From: Eukaryota sp. GEM-RC1
Lineage: Eukaryota
DNA: 64,000 nucleotides
Assembly: GCA_040285855.1 (NCBI GenBank)
Contig: JAUFOQ010000002.1
Coordinates: forward strand, 2,418,001-2,482,000
Reading direction: 5' to 3'
The translations under genes were made by a program, and so were the position numbers. Each line of letters opens with the position of its first letter. The stretch's first letter is position 1. Shown piece after piece: positions 11,401 to 25,639 of the stretch. The notes below the pieces were generated by a model. It was not told the DNA's origin and did not search any database. It worked only from the letters and a program-made list of their open reading frames with translations.

Positions 11401-11678
11401 GTATCGGGGTCGACAGAAAGTGATTCGATTTCCTTAAGGTCGTTTACTTCATCAAAGAGAGAAGACGAAGTAGGGAGAATGCTGTCAACAATGGAAAGAG
11501 TTCTCTCAGCATCTTGCTACTCTCCCCATTCATTTCCTACATCTGCAGGGGAGAAGAGGAGTAGTAGCGGAAGCTTCCTCTGCTGTACGAGGGAAATAAT
11601 AGGGAAGAGTATCAAGAAGAGTTCTGTAGATAAGAGTATAACCAAAGTTTTCTGGAACGTTTAGGATGACTTTACATT
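11401..11678 (-). pseudogene. Captured GDAP2 fragment, copy 2
   Basis: CKVILNVPENFGYTLIYRTLLDTLPYYFPRTAEEASAT matches GDAP2; same +1 C frameshift as copy 1. Confidence 0.93.
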
Positions 11679-11795
11679 GACTATGGATGAGATAACAATC
11701 AACAGGACTCAACTGATGGACAGAAACAGACGCGACAGTGTCCAACACATGGATGAGAGAATATTCTAGTTGATTTGTCACAAAACCATTCTCCA

Positions 11796-13089
11796 ATGTC
11801 TGTACCTAGAAAACAGTCTGACATTGTAGTGAGACGACCCACACCTGGGATCCCGCTATCTCCTCTTACTCCAATATATGAACATCTCTCTCTTCCAGAT
11901 AGTCCTGCTTCTTCTTCTGAACATGGCCACACTGAACTATCACACTCCTCCAGATCATCTTGTCCTCTCTGTGGTCAATCAATCTCCAGCGCTTCCCCAT
12001 CCCTACCTTATTTCCGTCTCTTAGAACAAATCTTCAAAACTCAAGCCGAAGATCAACCTCCAGATGGCTGTGTTACTAAGTTCTACTCTACTTTCTTCAA
12101 AGAAATCAAGAAGATTGGATCTGGCTCTTTTGGAGTTGTAGTTGAAGTAGTCCATTGTCTTGGAGGCAAATCCCTTGCCCGCTATGCTTGTAAGAAGATC
12201 CCTGTCGGTGACTCCTCCTCCCCTTGGTTACTCAAAGCCATTAACGAAGCTCAACTCCTCTCCCAACTCTCTCATCCTAACATCATCTCTTATAAATATG
12301 CATGGATAGAACTCGCTCAATTATCACCAATGTGTCCTCGTGTTCCTACACTGTTTGTCCTAATGGACTTGGCTATGTTCTCAGCTAAGGACTTGGTCCC
12401 AGTGTCGGTTCCAGTAGCTGCATGTTTGTTGTTGGATATAGCTAATGCTTTGATTCACTTAGAGAATAATGAGATTGTCCATGGGGATGTAAACTGTAGT
12501 AACTTTCTGGTGATGAAGAATAGCTCTAATACTGAGGTGAAGTTTGTTCTTTCTGATTTGGGTCAATCACGTGGATTTGATACAATCACTGACGATTCTG
12601 GTTTCTATCATGGAACTAGGGAGTATTTGCCTGCTGATTGTGAAGGAGTGGCGAAGTGTCATAATGATGATGTTTACAGTCTTGGAGTTTCTGTAATTGA
12701 GGTGGTGACTGGCACGATTTGTGTCAATCAATCCGATTTTTCATCGACTTTGGGCTCATTTCACTTCAGTTTCAATCAATTCTAATGTCAATGCTTAATC
12801 CTGTATCCAGACGAAGAATTGACCTTCACGATTTGATTTTCAACGACTTTCTGATTGGATTGGCTCAAAAGGACGAATGGAACTTCTATCTTTTGTAAAT
12901 AACAATGAACCAATGCACAGAGCTGCAGCTCTACCTGAAGTTAGTGTAGAGGAAGAGGAAGAAGAAGGGACTTTTGAACCTACAACTGGCAATAAGAGTC
13001 GCAAGGGACTGGTGTTGATGTCAATTCTACTTTGTGTCGTTGTTGCCGTTTTAGTTCAGTGGAATTTGATGAGAAAATCTAGTGTTTAA
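11796..13089 (+). CDS. IKS1-like Ser/Thr kinase with C-terminal hydrophobic anchor (two apparent homopolymer frameshifts)
   Basis: CPLCG..YFRLL, GSGSFG.V..VVH.LGG..L..YACKKIPVGD...WL, HGDVNCSN, SDLG, GTREY; frame restored by adding one base near 12751 and one near 12868, which joins ORF 12877-13089. Confidence 0.8.
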
Positions 13090-14009
13090 TCTGAATTTCC
13101 AAACATCATTTGTATATTTGTAATCTATTTAATTTATTTCAAACATCTTATTAGTAATGGTTTTCCAGATTGTCCGTCGGTTTGTGTTAATGTTTTATCA
13201 TTCAAAAACGTTTACTGAAAGCTTTTCTTGTTTGTTTTCTTGTTTGTTTTCTTCAAAACTAGGGATAAACTCTTTTGTGATTGTAATTCGTTCTTTTCAT
13301 TATATTATTTTAGTACCGTATTGGATGAAGGACAAAATCAATATACGTGGTACAAAAGGTGAATCTATTCAGTAATTACTCACTGTTTAATAGTAACTAT
13401 ACAAAACAATCAACTTTCACTACAAAATTCTGAATTGATATCATTTTGATTTGAAGATTTTATTGTAGTGGTCCAATTTTGCAAACTCATTACGAACAGT
13501 CATGCTCATAACAATATAAACAAACGGAAATTAGTATCATGTGTAGTCAAATCTAGTGTATACCTTTCTCAGTAAAGTAGACTAGAACATTGTACTACAA
13601 TTGTAAAGGACAGTCAGTGGGTTTGTGAGAGAACTTTTGAGCTTTTTCCTGATGTTTAGGTTAAGATATTACTTCACACTTGAATTCAAACAAGAATAGA
13701 ACTACCTACGAAGTTCAATACATTTTGTTCACAATACGACTCAAGTACTTTGAAAAAAGCTTTATAAGACAATTTAAATGAACAGTCTAAACTAGTTCTC
13801 CATCACGTCATCATTAAAAAAAAGTGTACAAATGCTTCAGAATCGGTATAATAAAAGAAAACCATTCATAAGATCAACTAGAACCACTTTGTTGTAGTAA
13901 CAACATTCTTGATCATATCAGTGTGGCCAATTTGATAGGAAAAAACCAATTAAATTCATAGCAAATTGTTGACCAGTGTATAAAATTCCAATTTAATCAT
14001 GTAAAACAA

Positions 14010-15533
<1,524 letters not shown>

Positions 15534-15784
15534 TTAGAATGTAAAGTAATAAAATGCCTACGCCAGTCACCAGCATTACAATGTAGTTCTAGGGGAAAAA
15601 TTTGTGTAGCAACTATCATCAGACACCAAAACAATATCAGAATGAAAGTAAAACCATGAAGTTTCATGTAACAATTCTAGCATTGCAAGTAGATTACAGT
15701 TTTTCGACGTTAACTTTTTGAGAAGTATGTATGCAGATCCACTCGAAGACCTGAAATACATTGTCCATGTTGTGTATTCACTTG

Positions 15785-15999
15785 TCCCATTTGTGATTCC
15801 TATGTATGGTGGTTTGGGTAAATTAGCCATGAAGTTCTTACATGTGTAGATGATTTTGCAAAGGTTGTTGCTCGTAGAACTAAAATTGTTAAAAGCAGTT
15901 CCCACAATGATTTCGAAAGCTTATGCATGTGTGCATTATGAAGACAAAGCTTCAACAAGGTTCGATGTTGAGGAATCTTGTTTTGATGATATTGAGTTT
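15785..15999 (+). mobile_element. Small degraded 3' fragment of CRE-like retrotransposon
   Basis: MYGGLGK.A.KF, KAVPTMISKAY..YEDKA..FD..CFDDIEF matches the C-termini at 18590-18714 and 25890-26014. Confidence 0.7.
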
Positions 16000-16404
16000 C
16001 AGATTATCTATTCCATTATATCTGCCATACAAAAAACGGGGTTTATGATCAGTCAGTGAAATAAATGCATTTGTAGAAAATATAAAACTGCTGCAGCTGC
16101 CATAAAACCTAGTTTCTGAGAAAGTAGTGTTCAGCAAATGATCTACTCCAAAATTTGGATGTGACAATCGTGAACTTGATATCCTGAGCCATGTTTAGAT
16201 GAGGAAATCATTAAGTTTGATTGATAGCTGGTTATACATCACACTGGATCATCACATTCAAATTAATAGCAATAAACGTCAGTCAAATGTAGAGACTCCG
16301 TATTGCAGGTACAGTACAGCTAATGGTACATAGCAGTTATGGTACAACTTTTGTTCCATTGTACTACATGTATTGCAATTGCAGAGCAAAACTACAACAT
16401 GCCA

Positions 16405-16905
16405 AATTGTAAAATTGAACCTCTTCTGAAACATTATAGTGACAATAACGTGTTTGATTCTCGGCGTGGTGATTTAATTGCTCCTTTCCTGGATTCATCT
16501 CAAGTTGTGGTTGATTTTACTAGAGTTGACCCGTTTGCAAAAGTCTACCAAGACTCCATATTGAATGATTCGAATGGTCATCTGGAAAAGGCTGAACAAC
16601 GAAAGTGTTCAAATTATGCGGATGCTTTACAGAAGCTTAATGAAAATCTATTTTCTAAGTTTTCATTTGTTCCATTTGCCATTTCAATTTTTGGTAATAT
16701 TGGTCCAGCCGGTTTAAAGTTTTTCAGTGATTTTAGTCTTTTATGTCGTTCTAATGGCAAGGTGTTTAATAGCGCTGTATGGATTAATCGAATTATGTTC
16801 GCTCTTTATAGAAGCTTTCCCAAGTATTTATGTTCCATTTATTCGAAGTTGTATAGGGAGAATTCTCGTGTTGATGTGGAGAATTTAACTTCTTTCATTT
16901 TCTGA
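16405..16905 (+). mobile_element. 5'-truncated CRE-like retrotransposon (RLE end)
   Basis: Close copy of 8887-9382 (CKIEPLL..RRGDLIAPFLDSSQVVVDF), same 3' end TTCTGAATTAGTATGTATTA. Confidence 0.9.
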
Positions 16906-17019
16906 ATTAGTATGTATTAATTTATTGTTGCAAATAAACTCTTATACATGCCAAATTTTTTACTTCAAAAAGAAATACTAAAATACAAATAAAAAAGGTC
17001 CCTTCTTTTTTTGTTTGGC

Positions 17020-18780
17020 TATTCATCCAATCCTGAAAAAACTCAAAGAATAACATGCAACTTAGAAATCGTAGCTTATATGGATGACATTTCTTTTGTT
17101 GCTCCTATGTCAACTCTTCGTATTATTGCGAATCAGGCTGCTGATTTGCACGATGCATTGGACTTCAATTAAATGTTTTTTGATTGCCAAGGTACCTGTA
17201 ACTTTAATTGTTAATTCTTTAGAGGTTCCCTTTGTGAACTACTTATGTTCAAGCTTTAGATTTCTAGGTTGCTATCTTGGTTCACATGACAAGATTTGAA
17301 TGTATATTTGGATTCTATCCGAAAAGAATTAGATCAAATTAAGGAATTGCAATTGGAAAAACATCTTAAATTCTTCATGCTAAAAATTTGTTATTCAGGA
17401 AAAGTTACTCATTTGCTTCGCTCTTTACCCCCTGTACTTACTTATAACTTCTGTAGAAGCTTTAACAAAATTCGTACTGACTTTCTTGCATTTTTGTTAT
17501 CAGTGGATCCTGCTGCTTTGAACAATCACATCTTCTCAGATCCTCATCTTGCTGGTATTGGTTTCACTTCGTCTAAATGGTGGACCAAATCTGCTTTCAT
17601 TGGTGGTGGTAAGAATTTTGTCTTTGAGTTCTGTAGACGGTACCCAAGTTAAGAAAATCTTCTTGTTTCGACAAATAGTTTTTTCTTGGTAAATTTGAGA
17701 TCTGAATTGTCGCTATTTTCACCTGACCTCTGGCAAACTTGTTTTCCAGCAGATATTTGTGAAATACCAGAACGATGTGTCACCTCGTTAAAATTTGCTC
17801 TTAAGAAACTCCAAAAACATCTTTTAAAACATTTTGAATGTATGGATTTTAAAATTCGACTTGGCCCGGCCAAAGAAAAAAATCCAGCTTTCGCAAATTT
17901 TTTAATCGATTTGAAAGACAGTTCTTCAGTTGCTTTGATTAACCAAATTCCTCAGATTTATGGTTTGTTGTTGAATGATCATCAATGGACTACAACATTT
18001 AGACTTGGATGTTTCTTGTGGCCCCCTAGTTTACCCAATGATCTTCAATGTAGATGTGGTAAATTAGTTACTTTTTCTCACCTTTTGAGTTGTAATCGTT
18101 TCATTACTTATAGAACTTGTATTCATGGTGCTGTCAGAGATCAAATTCATGCCATGTGTAAGTCCTACAAAATCGAATCTTTTGTTGAGCCACTGTTGAG
18201 ATCACTGGAAATCAATAATTTAAAAAATAGTGATTCTGATAACACTTTTGGTAAAAGAAGACCTGATGTTATAGTTGTCAATGATGAACTAACCGTTGTT
18301 GATGTGATTACTGTGGATGTTTGCAAAAAAAGTGCATTCAAGGATGCTAAAAATGAAGTTTCTCCACTGAATTCTTCAGAACAATACAAGAAAAACAAAT
18401 ATGATGAACCATTGACTGCTCTTAAGCATATTAGACAAGTTGAGTACAAATTATGTCCTTTTCCAATTTCAATTTATGGTCGACTTGGAAGAGATGCCCT
18501 TTGTTTTCTCTCTGATTTTGAGAAAGTGGTCAAAAAAAGAATGAACAAGAAATTTGATTTCAATTTTTGGTTGAATCGTATTATTTTTTACTATATTTAA
18601 AACAATTCCTGTCATGATTTCAAAAGCTCTATTAGCTCTCAGTGTTTTTTATGAAGAAAAAGCTGATGTGAGTTGTAATGGCAATGATTGTTGCTTTAAT
18701 GACAATGAGTTCTAGTATTTGTGTTTATTTTAGTGTTTTTGTTCTATAAAAGAATAAAGATATTGATCTTAAAAAAAATA
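17020..18780 (+). mobile_element. 5'-truncated CRE-like retrotransposon (RT C-terminal part + RLE)
   Basis: AYMDD near 17075, FLGCYLG, K.THLLR.LPP, CRCG..HLLSC..HGAVRD, RRPDV, PISIYGRLG; 3' UTR and A-run at ~18771. Confidence 0.9.
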
Positions 18781-19166
18781 CAAATTGGGTACTACAAGTG
18801 TTGTCAATTTTCAGAAATACATGTTGAATCTCGACGACCCACTGCACTGTGGGTTTGATTTGCTTTGCTTTAGAGATTTTCTCCAAAAATGTTTGTTTTT
18901 CACATTTACTTTAGAAGCAACCTGGAGGAAAATTGTAACATGATTCCAAGTGTAAGGCTAGGAGATGTCACAAAAAAGGACACGGGATTGTATATTACGT
19001 ATTTTATTTATTAACAACCTCAAAATTAAAATGTGTGTTAAAATGCGTAGTTGGATTTCATTTCTCTGAAAAGTTTACACATTTACACAGTGTAATACAT
19101 CTGTTATAAAAATTACATATCATCACATAATGAATAAATATAGATTTAGTTCAAAATTCAAAATAC

Positions 19167-20618
19167 TTACACTGTACAAAGTAAACCTACTGGTCTATTG
19201 ATAGAATCCTCATAAAACTTAATTCTGTTTTTCACATACAACCCAAAACAAATCAAAAACACAACTAATATAATAAAAACAATCACTGAATAAATCTCAG
19301 CTACAGCAGCACCAAACAATATTTCAACAGCAGGTCCCACCATTAAACTGAAGTTCCACATGCCATGACAAATAAATGGAACAATAAAAGCCCATTTCAA
19401 GGCAATAGGATTAGTAGCCTTGTTTAGATTAGTTGCATAGACTAAGCCCATAAACCAAGCATAGAAGATATGAGATGTCATTGGTAGAACCCTGATAAAT
19501 CCCATGACAACCATACCAACTGGTCCACCAGCAGCTGCTCCACTGAAAACATACAAGACGTTCTCAATAAAGGCAAATCCAAAACCAGACGCTGCACCGT
19601 AGAAAGCTCCTGAAGCTATTCCAGCAGCTTTATACTCAGCTGAATCTGAATGTTTGTGGATAATGAATAGTTTAAGGATCTCCTCTGTTAAAGAAGCAAC
19701 GAGAAAAGCAGTGAAGAAGGCGGAAGCGATGTGAAACACAACATCAGACCAATCAATATGGTAATCCAAAACCTCAAACAGATACAACAGTCCTTGTCCA
19801 AAGAACATTAGGGGAGCCACGCCAATGACAACCAGCCAAAACATCCTAGTCCATCGGTTAATGTTGGATTCCTTGTGCATGATCTTGTAGATGATATAGG
19901 TGGGTAGCATGACAATAAGAAGAGAGATACCATAGAGAGGGTAAGTTAGGATGAGGATTAAAGAAAGGATGAAGGGGAGGGCCCACAGGAACTTGGTGGT
20001 GTTATCAGCATCTGAAACTAAGTGTTGTTGAAGACAGGAGAAGGAAGTGGAACACAAGGAGAAGCAAGAAGCGCAACCTAGACCAAATATGAAGATGATG
20101 GTGATGATACCAAATCCAGTTGGTTCGAGGGCTGAACAGAGTTCTGGGTCGTTAATGGACCATTCGAAGTAAAAGGAAGTAGTGGCACCTGGGGTGCAGA
20201 GCTTACTAGGGAAGTCAGACGCAGGTTTGACGATCTGTTTGCCTTTCTCTAGAGTTTTATCACACTTGAAGATGAAAACTGTTTGGTATCTGTCACTTAT
20301 TTCACCATCAATTTGACAGGTATCACCGTCGTCCAAGACAAGGAAGAGATCCTGACGAACTTGTTGAAACTGGGCTTCTCTGGAGCCAATGTTGATGAAT
20401 TGGTCTCCAACTTGCATACATGCAGGAGATGTGCAGTCAGGTGTAGAATTAGCAGCCTTGCATGGATGAAGGTAGAAGTTGATGTCGGATCCAGAGATTT
20501 GAGAAGATACATGTGCAGGTTCAAAACCACATAAGTTGTCTCTAGTGAATATGAAACCAACTGCTGGTGTCACGATGGTGGAAAGCACCAACACGAGGAA
20601 GAAGTATGATGTCAACAT
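19167..20618 (-). CDS. Signal peptide + MRH/M6P-receptor-like Cys domain + multi-TM PrsW-family intramembrane protease
   Basis: Hydrophobic N-terminus; FYLHPC..C..ACMQ..NIG..DGDTC..YQTVFIFKCD..C..FYFEW...LC (MRH-like pattern); PrsW motifs TEEILK, GFGFAFIEN, PMTSH, HGMWN. Confidence 0.82.
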   Translation of the reverse strand: MLTSYFFLVLVLSTIVTPAVGFIFTRDNLCGFEPAHVSSQISGSDINFYLHPCKAANSTPDCTSPACMQVGDQFINIGSREAQFQQVRQDLFLVLDDGDTCQIDGEISDRYQTVFIFKCDKTLEKGKQIVKPASDFPSKLCTPGATTSFYFEWSINDPELCSALEPTGFGIITIIFIFGLGCASCFSLCSTSFSCLQQHLVSDADNTTKFLWALPFILSLILILTYPLYGISLLIVMLPTYIIYKIMHKESNINRWTRMFWLVVIGVAPLMFFGQGLLYLFEVLDYHIDWSDVVFHIASAFFTAFLVASLTEEILKLFIIHKHSDSAEYKAAGIASGAFYGAASGFGFAFIENVLYVFSGAAAGGPVGMVVMGFIRVLPMTSHIFYAWFMGLVYATNLNKATNPIALKWAFIVPFICHGMWNFSLMVGPAVEILFGAAVAEIYSVIVFIILVVFLICFGLYVKNRIKFYEDSINRPVGLLCTV

Positions 20619-20984
20619 TTTGAGGATTTCTCAAATTCCATCTATTGCACATGTACTGTACAAGTATAAAAGATGGCGTGCTTGTATTGTTACACTTAAT
20701 AAACTCACAGATTTCTCGAATAAATTACAAGTATCGATATATAACCGCAGTGAGTCATATGGGAATTGTTCATCGATTCCAATTACTACTATAGTTATAC
20801 GAAAGACCTTAGCGATCATTGTTTTTGAAAAGGCTTAAACACCTGACCTGCAAATCTGAAACGCAGGAGCAACTACTGGTAGATTTCTAGGATACAATGA
20901 AGTTTCTCAATTTTTTCAAACTTAACTTTGTTCTATAGAAACCATTAGCTTAAGGGAAGAGTTTGATTTAAACGCGGTCCATAA

Positions 20985-21870
20985 CAGGGATGCGAAAAAA
21001 TATATTGTTATTTTATTTATTGCAATAAATATTAAAAATGTATTTATTGTTGGTCAAAACAATAACAATAAATTTATTGTGAGTCCCAGCAATCTACAAT
21101 AGTATTGCAATAATATTGTTTATTATGGCAATATTTTTCATCACTAAAATCATCCATCTGTTTCATGTTATATGCCATTTTGCTTCCATTTGGGAGTAAG
21201 AAGATGCATTGTGGGTGCAGTTGTCCTCTGACGAACTTTCACTTTAGTAATAAACAACCTAGACAAAAGAGTATACTATTTGTTTACTTCAAATTGTTGA
21301 CTGTTTGGCTTTTAAACTGATGTAGTTCAACAAAGTGTAAACGACAATCAAAAACTGATGACCATAAGAGAGAGAGACATTTAGCGAAGGACTTTTTGCA
21401 TGGGACATACCAGAGCGTTTGGAAAATGTCACTGATTCTCATTAATCCAAATCTCACTACATTGATTTTACACTCAAAACAGCTCCATCCAAGCAAATCG
21501 AAGGACTATTTAGTCGTGCTAACGTGACTGCTGAAACCCTTCGCAAAGACTACACACATCAAGTCAAGTCTGAAAAAACAACTTTTATTGATGTATAACT
21601 CTAATCTATGGTGAAGATATTGTTCGCAAAAGTCTTAATACTAACATTTGACTTGGTTGTTGGACAATGAAGGAGATTTTACGGATGATGGCGAATAGAC
21701 CACAAAAAATGAGTAATCGGATTGCGTAGAATTATTGCCAATAAATGTATTTATTTATTTCCAAACTTGACAATACCAATACATTTATTGTTGGCCACAA
21801 CAATAACAATATATTTATTTTCGTCGTGAACAATAATTTATTTAAATAAATATATTTTTTCGCATCCCTG
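20985..21870. mobile_element. Non-autonomous hAT element (886 bp)
   Basis: Perfect 22-bp TIR CAGGGATGCGAAAAAATATATT; 8-bp TSD GTCCATAA at 20977-20984 and 21871-21878; CAATA/TATTG subterminal repeats. Confidence 0.95.
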
Positions 21871-22418
21871 GTCCATAATTAATGAGGTTACAGAAAACAC
21901 TGGCGGTAATTAATTTTAGTTCTTTTAACGAAAACCATAGTACTTAAAAGATATCAAATGCTCTACATCAAATAGGTTGGCACTGGTTTTTTTTCTCCAA
22001 CACAATAATGGTGATCTTTTCATGAATATTCCTTGATTATACAAAACAGGGATTTAAATGATTCTAACACAGGCAAGTTTCCAGTGCAAACATAGTGAAT
22101 GGTATGCCCTTATAGCATACCATGCCATTTTTTTAAAGTGGATTGTACCAAGACCTGGACGATACTTGTAAAAGCTATTAATTGAGATGAAACTGATATA
22201 AGTTGATTTACAATACAGAAACAAAACATTATGTCTAGAAAGAACATTGCGTAAAAGAACTAAAAGGATCAGCTGCAAAATTAATAGCAACAAACTTCGT
22301 TTGATACAACACTTTCCCAGAAAACTAAACGATAAAAGGTGATGAAACAAAAGTCAATCTAAAAATAACTCAAATAAACTACAATTACATAAACGTAACA
22401 TGAAGAACTGAAAAATAT

Positions 22419-23687
22419 CTACATCGTTTTCTTATATAACATCAATACACAATCAGAGGCAAGCACTTGATCCTCACTCACCTGGTTTACAGTTGATTTA
22501 TCGACACAAAACCAAATATTTTGAATATTCACAAACGAAACAAAATTTTCCAGTGTATGCGACACAACAACCACCGCCCTATACAAATGATTGGACCCAC
22601 TCAATACAAAAGAGCTCAAGTCAAGAGAAGTCAAGGGACAGTCAACAATAGTCAAGTTCTTCTCAATTCCTAATACTCCCTCTTTGAACCGATCAAAACA
22701 AAGTAACAACCAAGGAGGCAATTGAGTGAAGATCTTGGTGATTCGAGTGTCATCCTCAACCGTGACGTTGGAGCCATCAAAATTGTGTAATAATTCAAAA
22801 ATTGAAATTTTGGGGATTTGATTTTCTTTGTGAACATCTTTGAAAAGTGGAAGAGTTGGTAGGTTTAAGGTTAAGCAATCAAAATTGATTGATTCTGTGG
22901 TGCAGTCAGCAACACGTGTTTTTGTATATTGCCCACGTAAACAATTTAGACTTTTACGGAAAGAAAGAATATTGGTTTCCTTCAGTAGATCGAGAAAAAT
23001 TGATGTAACTGATTGGACATCACGAATTTTTGAAAATTTAGCTGCCGAAATATGTGATTTTTGACAAAACAGTCTGAAAAGAGAGTCGACATTTACATAA
23101 TCATGAACTAAATAAGGAGACCAAAAGTCTCTACAAACCTCCGAAAACCTTGTTGGTAACAGATTAGAATTAGAATGAGTCAACAACAAGGAATGGTTTC
23201 GAAGAGGAGCCAAGTGATTGAAGAGAAACACCAACTGGTTGAAGAGAGATGATGAAGAAGAAGAAGTAAGGGGAAGGACACCAGGGATGTAGCGAGAACC
23301 ATCAAGAGTGGCAAACTTAACTACATTTTGTTTGGAACAGGAGGAGGAGGGAAGTAGAGTAGAAAGAGTGGAGAGATCACCAGAGTCGATGGATTGAAGG
23401 TATTTTTTGGTATAAGTGAAGGAGATATAGTGTTTGAGATGACTCAGGAGAGGGGAAGTGATGAGTTTGTTAGAGAGGATTGACTTTGCTTGACCGGTGG
23501 TTAGATTGAGGAAGTATTGATGGTCATATGACATTGCATGAAGAAATGCGGGTGATGATTCTGATGTGTATGAGTAGTATTGTCCACAGTGAAGGCAACA
23601 AAAGAGGTTGTAAGTTGACTGTGAAGTGGTACAAATACGAGGCTTATCTAGATCAATTATTTTGGGATCAATAAAGTTATCATCCAT
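22419..23687 (-). CDS. USP39: U4/U6.U5 tri-snRNP protein Sad1/USP39-like
   Basis: zf-UBP-like CTTSQS.YN.FCCLHCGQYY, LDGSRYIPG, LTLNLP.LPLFKD..ENQIP.I, EKNLTIV; inactive-USP layout. Confidence 0.85.
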   Translation of the reverse strand: MDDNFIDPKIIDLDKPRICTTSQSTYNLFCCLHCGQYYSYTSESSPAFLHAMSYDHQYFLNLTTGQAKSILSNKLITSPLLSHLKHYISFTYTKKYLQSIDSGDLSTLSTLLPSSSCSKQNVVKFATLDGSRYIPGVLPLTSSSSSSLFNQLVFLFNHLAPLRNHSLLLTHSNSNLLPTRFSEVCRDFWSPYLVHDYVNVDSLFRLFCQKSHISAAKFSKIRDVQSVTSIFLDLLKETNILSFRKSLNCLRGQYTKTRVADCTTESINFDCLTLNLPTLPLFKDVHKENQIPKISIFELLHNFDGSNVTVEDDTRITKIFTQLPPWLLLCFDRFKEGVLGIEKNLTIVDCPLTSLDLSSFVLSGSNHLYRAVVVVSHTLENFVSFVNIQNIWFCVDKSTVNQVSEDQVLASDCVLMLYKKTM

Positions 23688-24183
23688 TGTATGAAGGGAT
23701 TTAGAAGGGATGTGGAACTACTAGTAGAAGAGAGTTCAGATCGAACAGACAGAAATTATGTCGCTTACAAACATCTTTACTATTACACTAGTGCAGTATT
23801 GTTATCTGACACCGTTGAGTTAGCGACCTTTGTAACAGTATTTAATCTTTTAATGAAAATGCGGAACGAATCTAATTGGGGACATAATGTGATAAGGTCA
23901 GTTTATTTAACATTTCGAAGAGTAGAAAGTGGTTTAACATGGTAAGTCTAACTCCCTATAACAATTAGGAGTTTCAAAAGGATGTTTCATGTCCTCTTAC
24001 TAATACCAATTCCAGCTGATGATGAATTTCACTAATTACATTAAAACTGGACTAAAACAATAAAAATAAGATCATCAATTGGTAACAAAGGCAAATAATC
24101 AGGACTTTGAAAAAGTCACCGTAAAATTGAAAGAACTTCCAGTGACGCTACTAATAGTTAACCAACATAGTCTGGAAAACAAC

Positions 24184-25612
24184 CTATTGATCAGATACAC
24201 CATTTAATCTCTTTTCAGGAGGCGAATAATTCAAATTCAAAAACTTAAATATATCCTCTTCATGTAAAAATTCAAAATCAACAAACTTCTCTTCATGTTT
24301 ACCTTTAGTCAACGCACTAATCGCTTTATGAGTTTCCTTGTCCTTTCTTCTAGAAATACCATGGTTAGAAAGAGAAAATCCCTTCCTCCTTGCTATCCAC
24401 CTAATGCTCATATTAAACCTCTTGTTACCAGTAAGTCCGAGTAGTTGGAAAGGATATTCATGTCGGTAAGCAAAGAAGATGTCAATCCTTCTAAAGGGAA
24501 GATCGTCTGAGAGTCTAGCTACTCCAAGATAACGTGATGAGGATCCTGATAGATCATCGACAATGAGGTTATTAACCCTCAAGTGATTGATTACTGTTGT
24601 GATGATTTGGGCTCTTTCTTCTTCCGTCACGTCAGTTAAAAAGGTAAACAAAAGATCAATATCACCGCATTCCAAAGCTTGTCTTCGGTAGGACCCAACA
24701 ATGTCTAAAGTAAAATCAGACGAAATACAATCTCGAGAAAGAGATTCAACCAAATTTTTAAAATTTAGAACTTCATCCCTTGGAATTTTAATCAATAAAT
24801 CATCGTAATATTTCAATCCGAGTCGTTGATGATTAGTTAATTGATCATAAAACTGTGGTAACTGAAGATCTTCAATTGATCGGACTCCTTTTTCAAACAA
24901 TTCTTCAGCAGTGGAAAACCAATACCAGAAACATTTTCCAAAAGTCTGATAGTTTGAGTTTTTAAATCTACTGATGATAATCTGAACAAGTGTCCAAAAT
25001 TTAAAATTTCATCTATTTTTTCAAGTGTTTTTCACCAATTCCTCTTATGTTCTTTTCATCGATATACTCCTCCAATTGATCAGTATTTTCAATTTTAAAA
25101 GGAATTTTAGAAATCAGATTAGCTGCCCTCTTATTGGCCAGAGACCTGTACCTTCCTCCCGTAGCTTCGTCCTTTCTTGCTTCTGCTATATCAGCAAGTT
25201 CAAGAAGAACAGAAGTTAAATGTTCATTGTGATTTACACTGGATTTGGGGACAGAAGTAGATGAGTTTCTTTTCTTTTTGGGAGGAGGTTGTACGTCAGT
25301 AGTAGGTGTGAGAAGAGAGAAGGATGGAGGAGTGGTACTGGAAGGAGTGAAGTCTGTATCGGATACTCTACGTTTTGTTTTAATGGAAGAAGAGATCCAG
25401 TCAGGAGAAACAAGAAGAGCATCATTGGGAACTGTAGGATGGGATTCTTGGAAGTGGGGAAGGTTTGCAGTGACGATGTGTGTGAGTTGAGGATCATCAA
25501 TGGAGCAAAGATAGCCTCCGTAATGTTTAAGGAGTTGAGCAAGCTTTTCCTTTCGTCTTAATGATAGAAAATGGGGATAAATGTAGACATGGCAGTTATC
25601 GAACAAGTTCAT
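24184..25612 (-). CDS. Family X DNA polymerase with N-terminal BRCT (Pol lambda-like), two homopolymer frameshifts
   Basis: BRCT (THIV..LVSPDWISSSIK), HhH GIGEK and SGIG, VGSYRR...GDID, RRIDI, GLTGN; frame restored by +A near 25018 and +T near 24916. Confidence 0.9.
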
Positions 25613-25639
25613 AACATTGGGAGGATGTGATAAAACAAA

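Noticed and set aside
25010..25025. AAA-TAG at the PolX break resembling Euplotes programmed frameshifting
   Set aside because: Needs a -1/+2 shift, and the other breaks share no motif or direction; homopolymer error is simpler.
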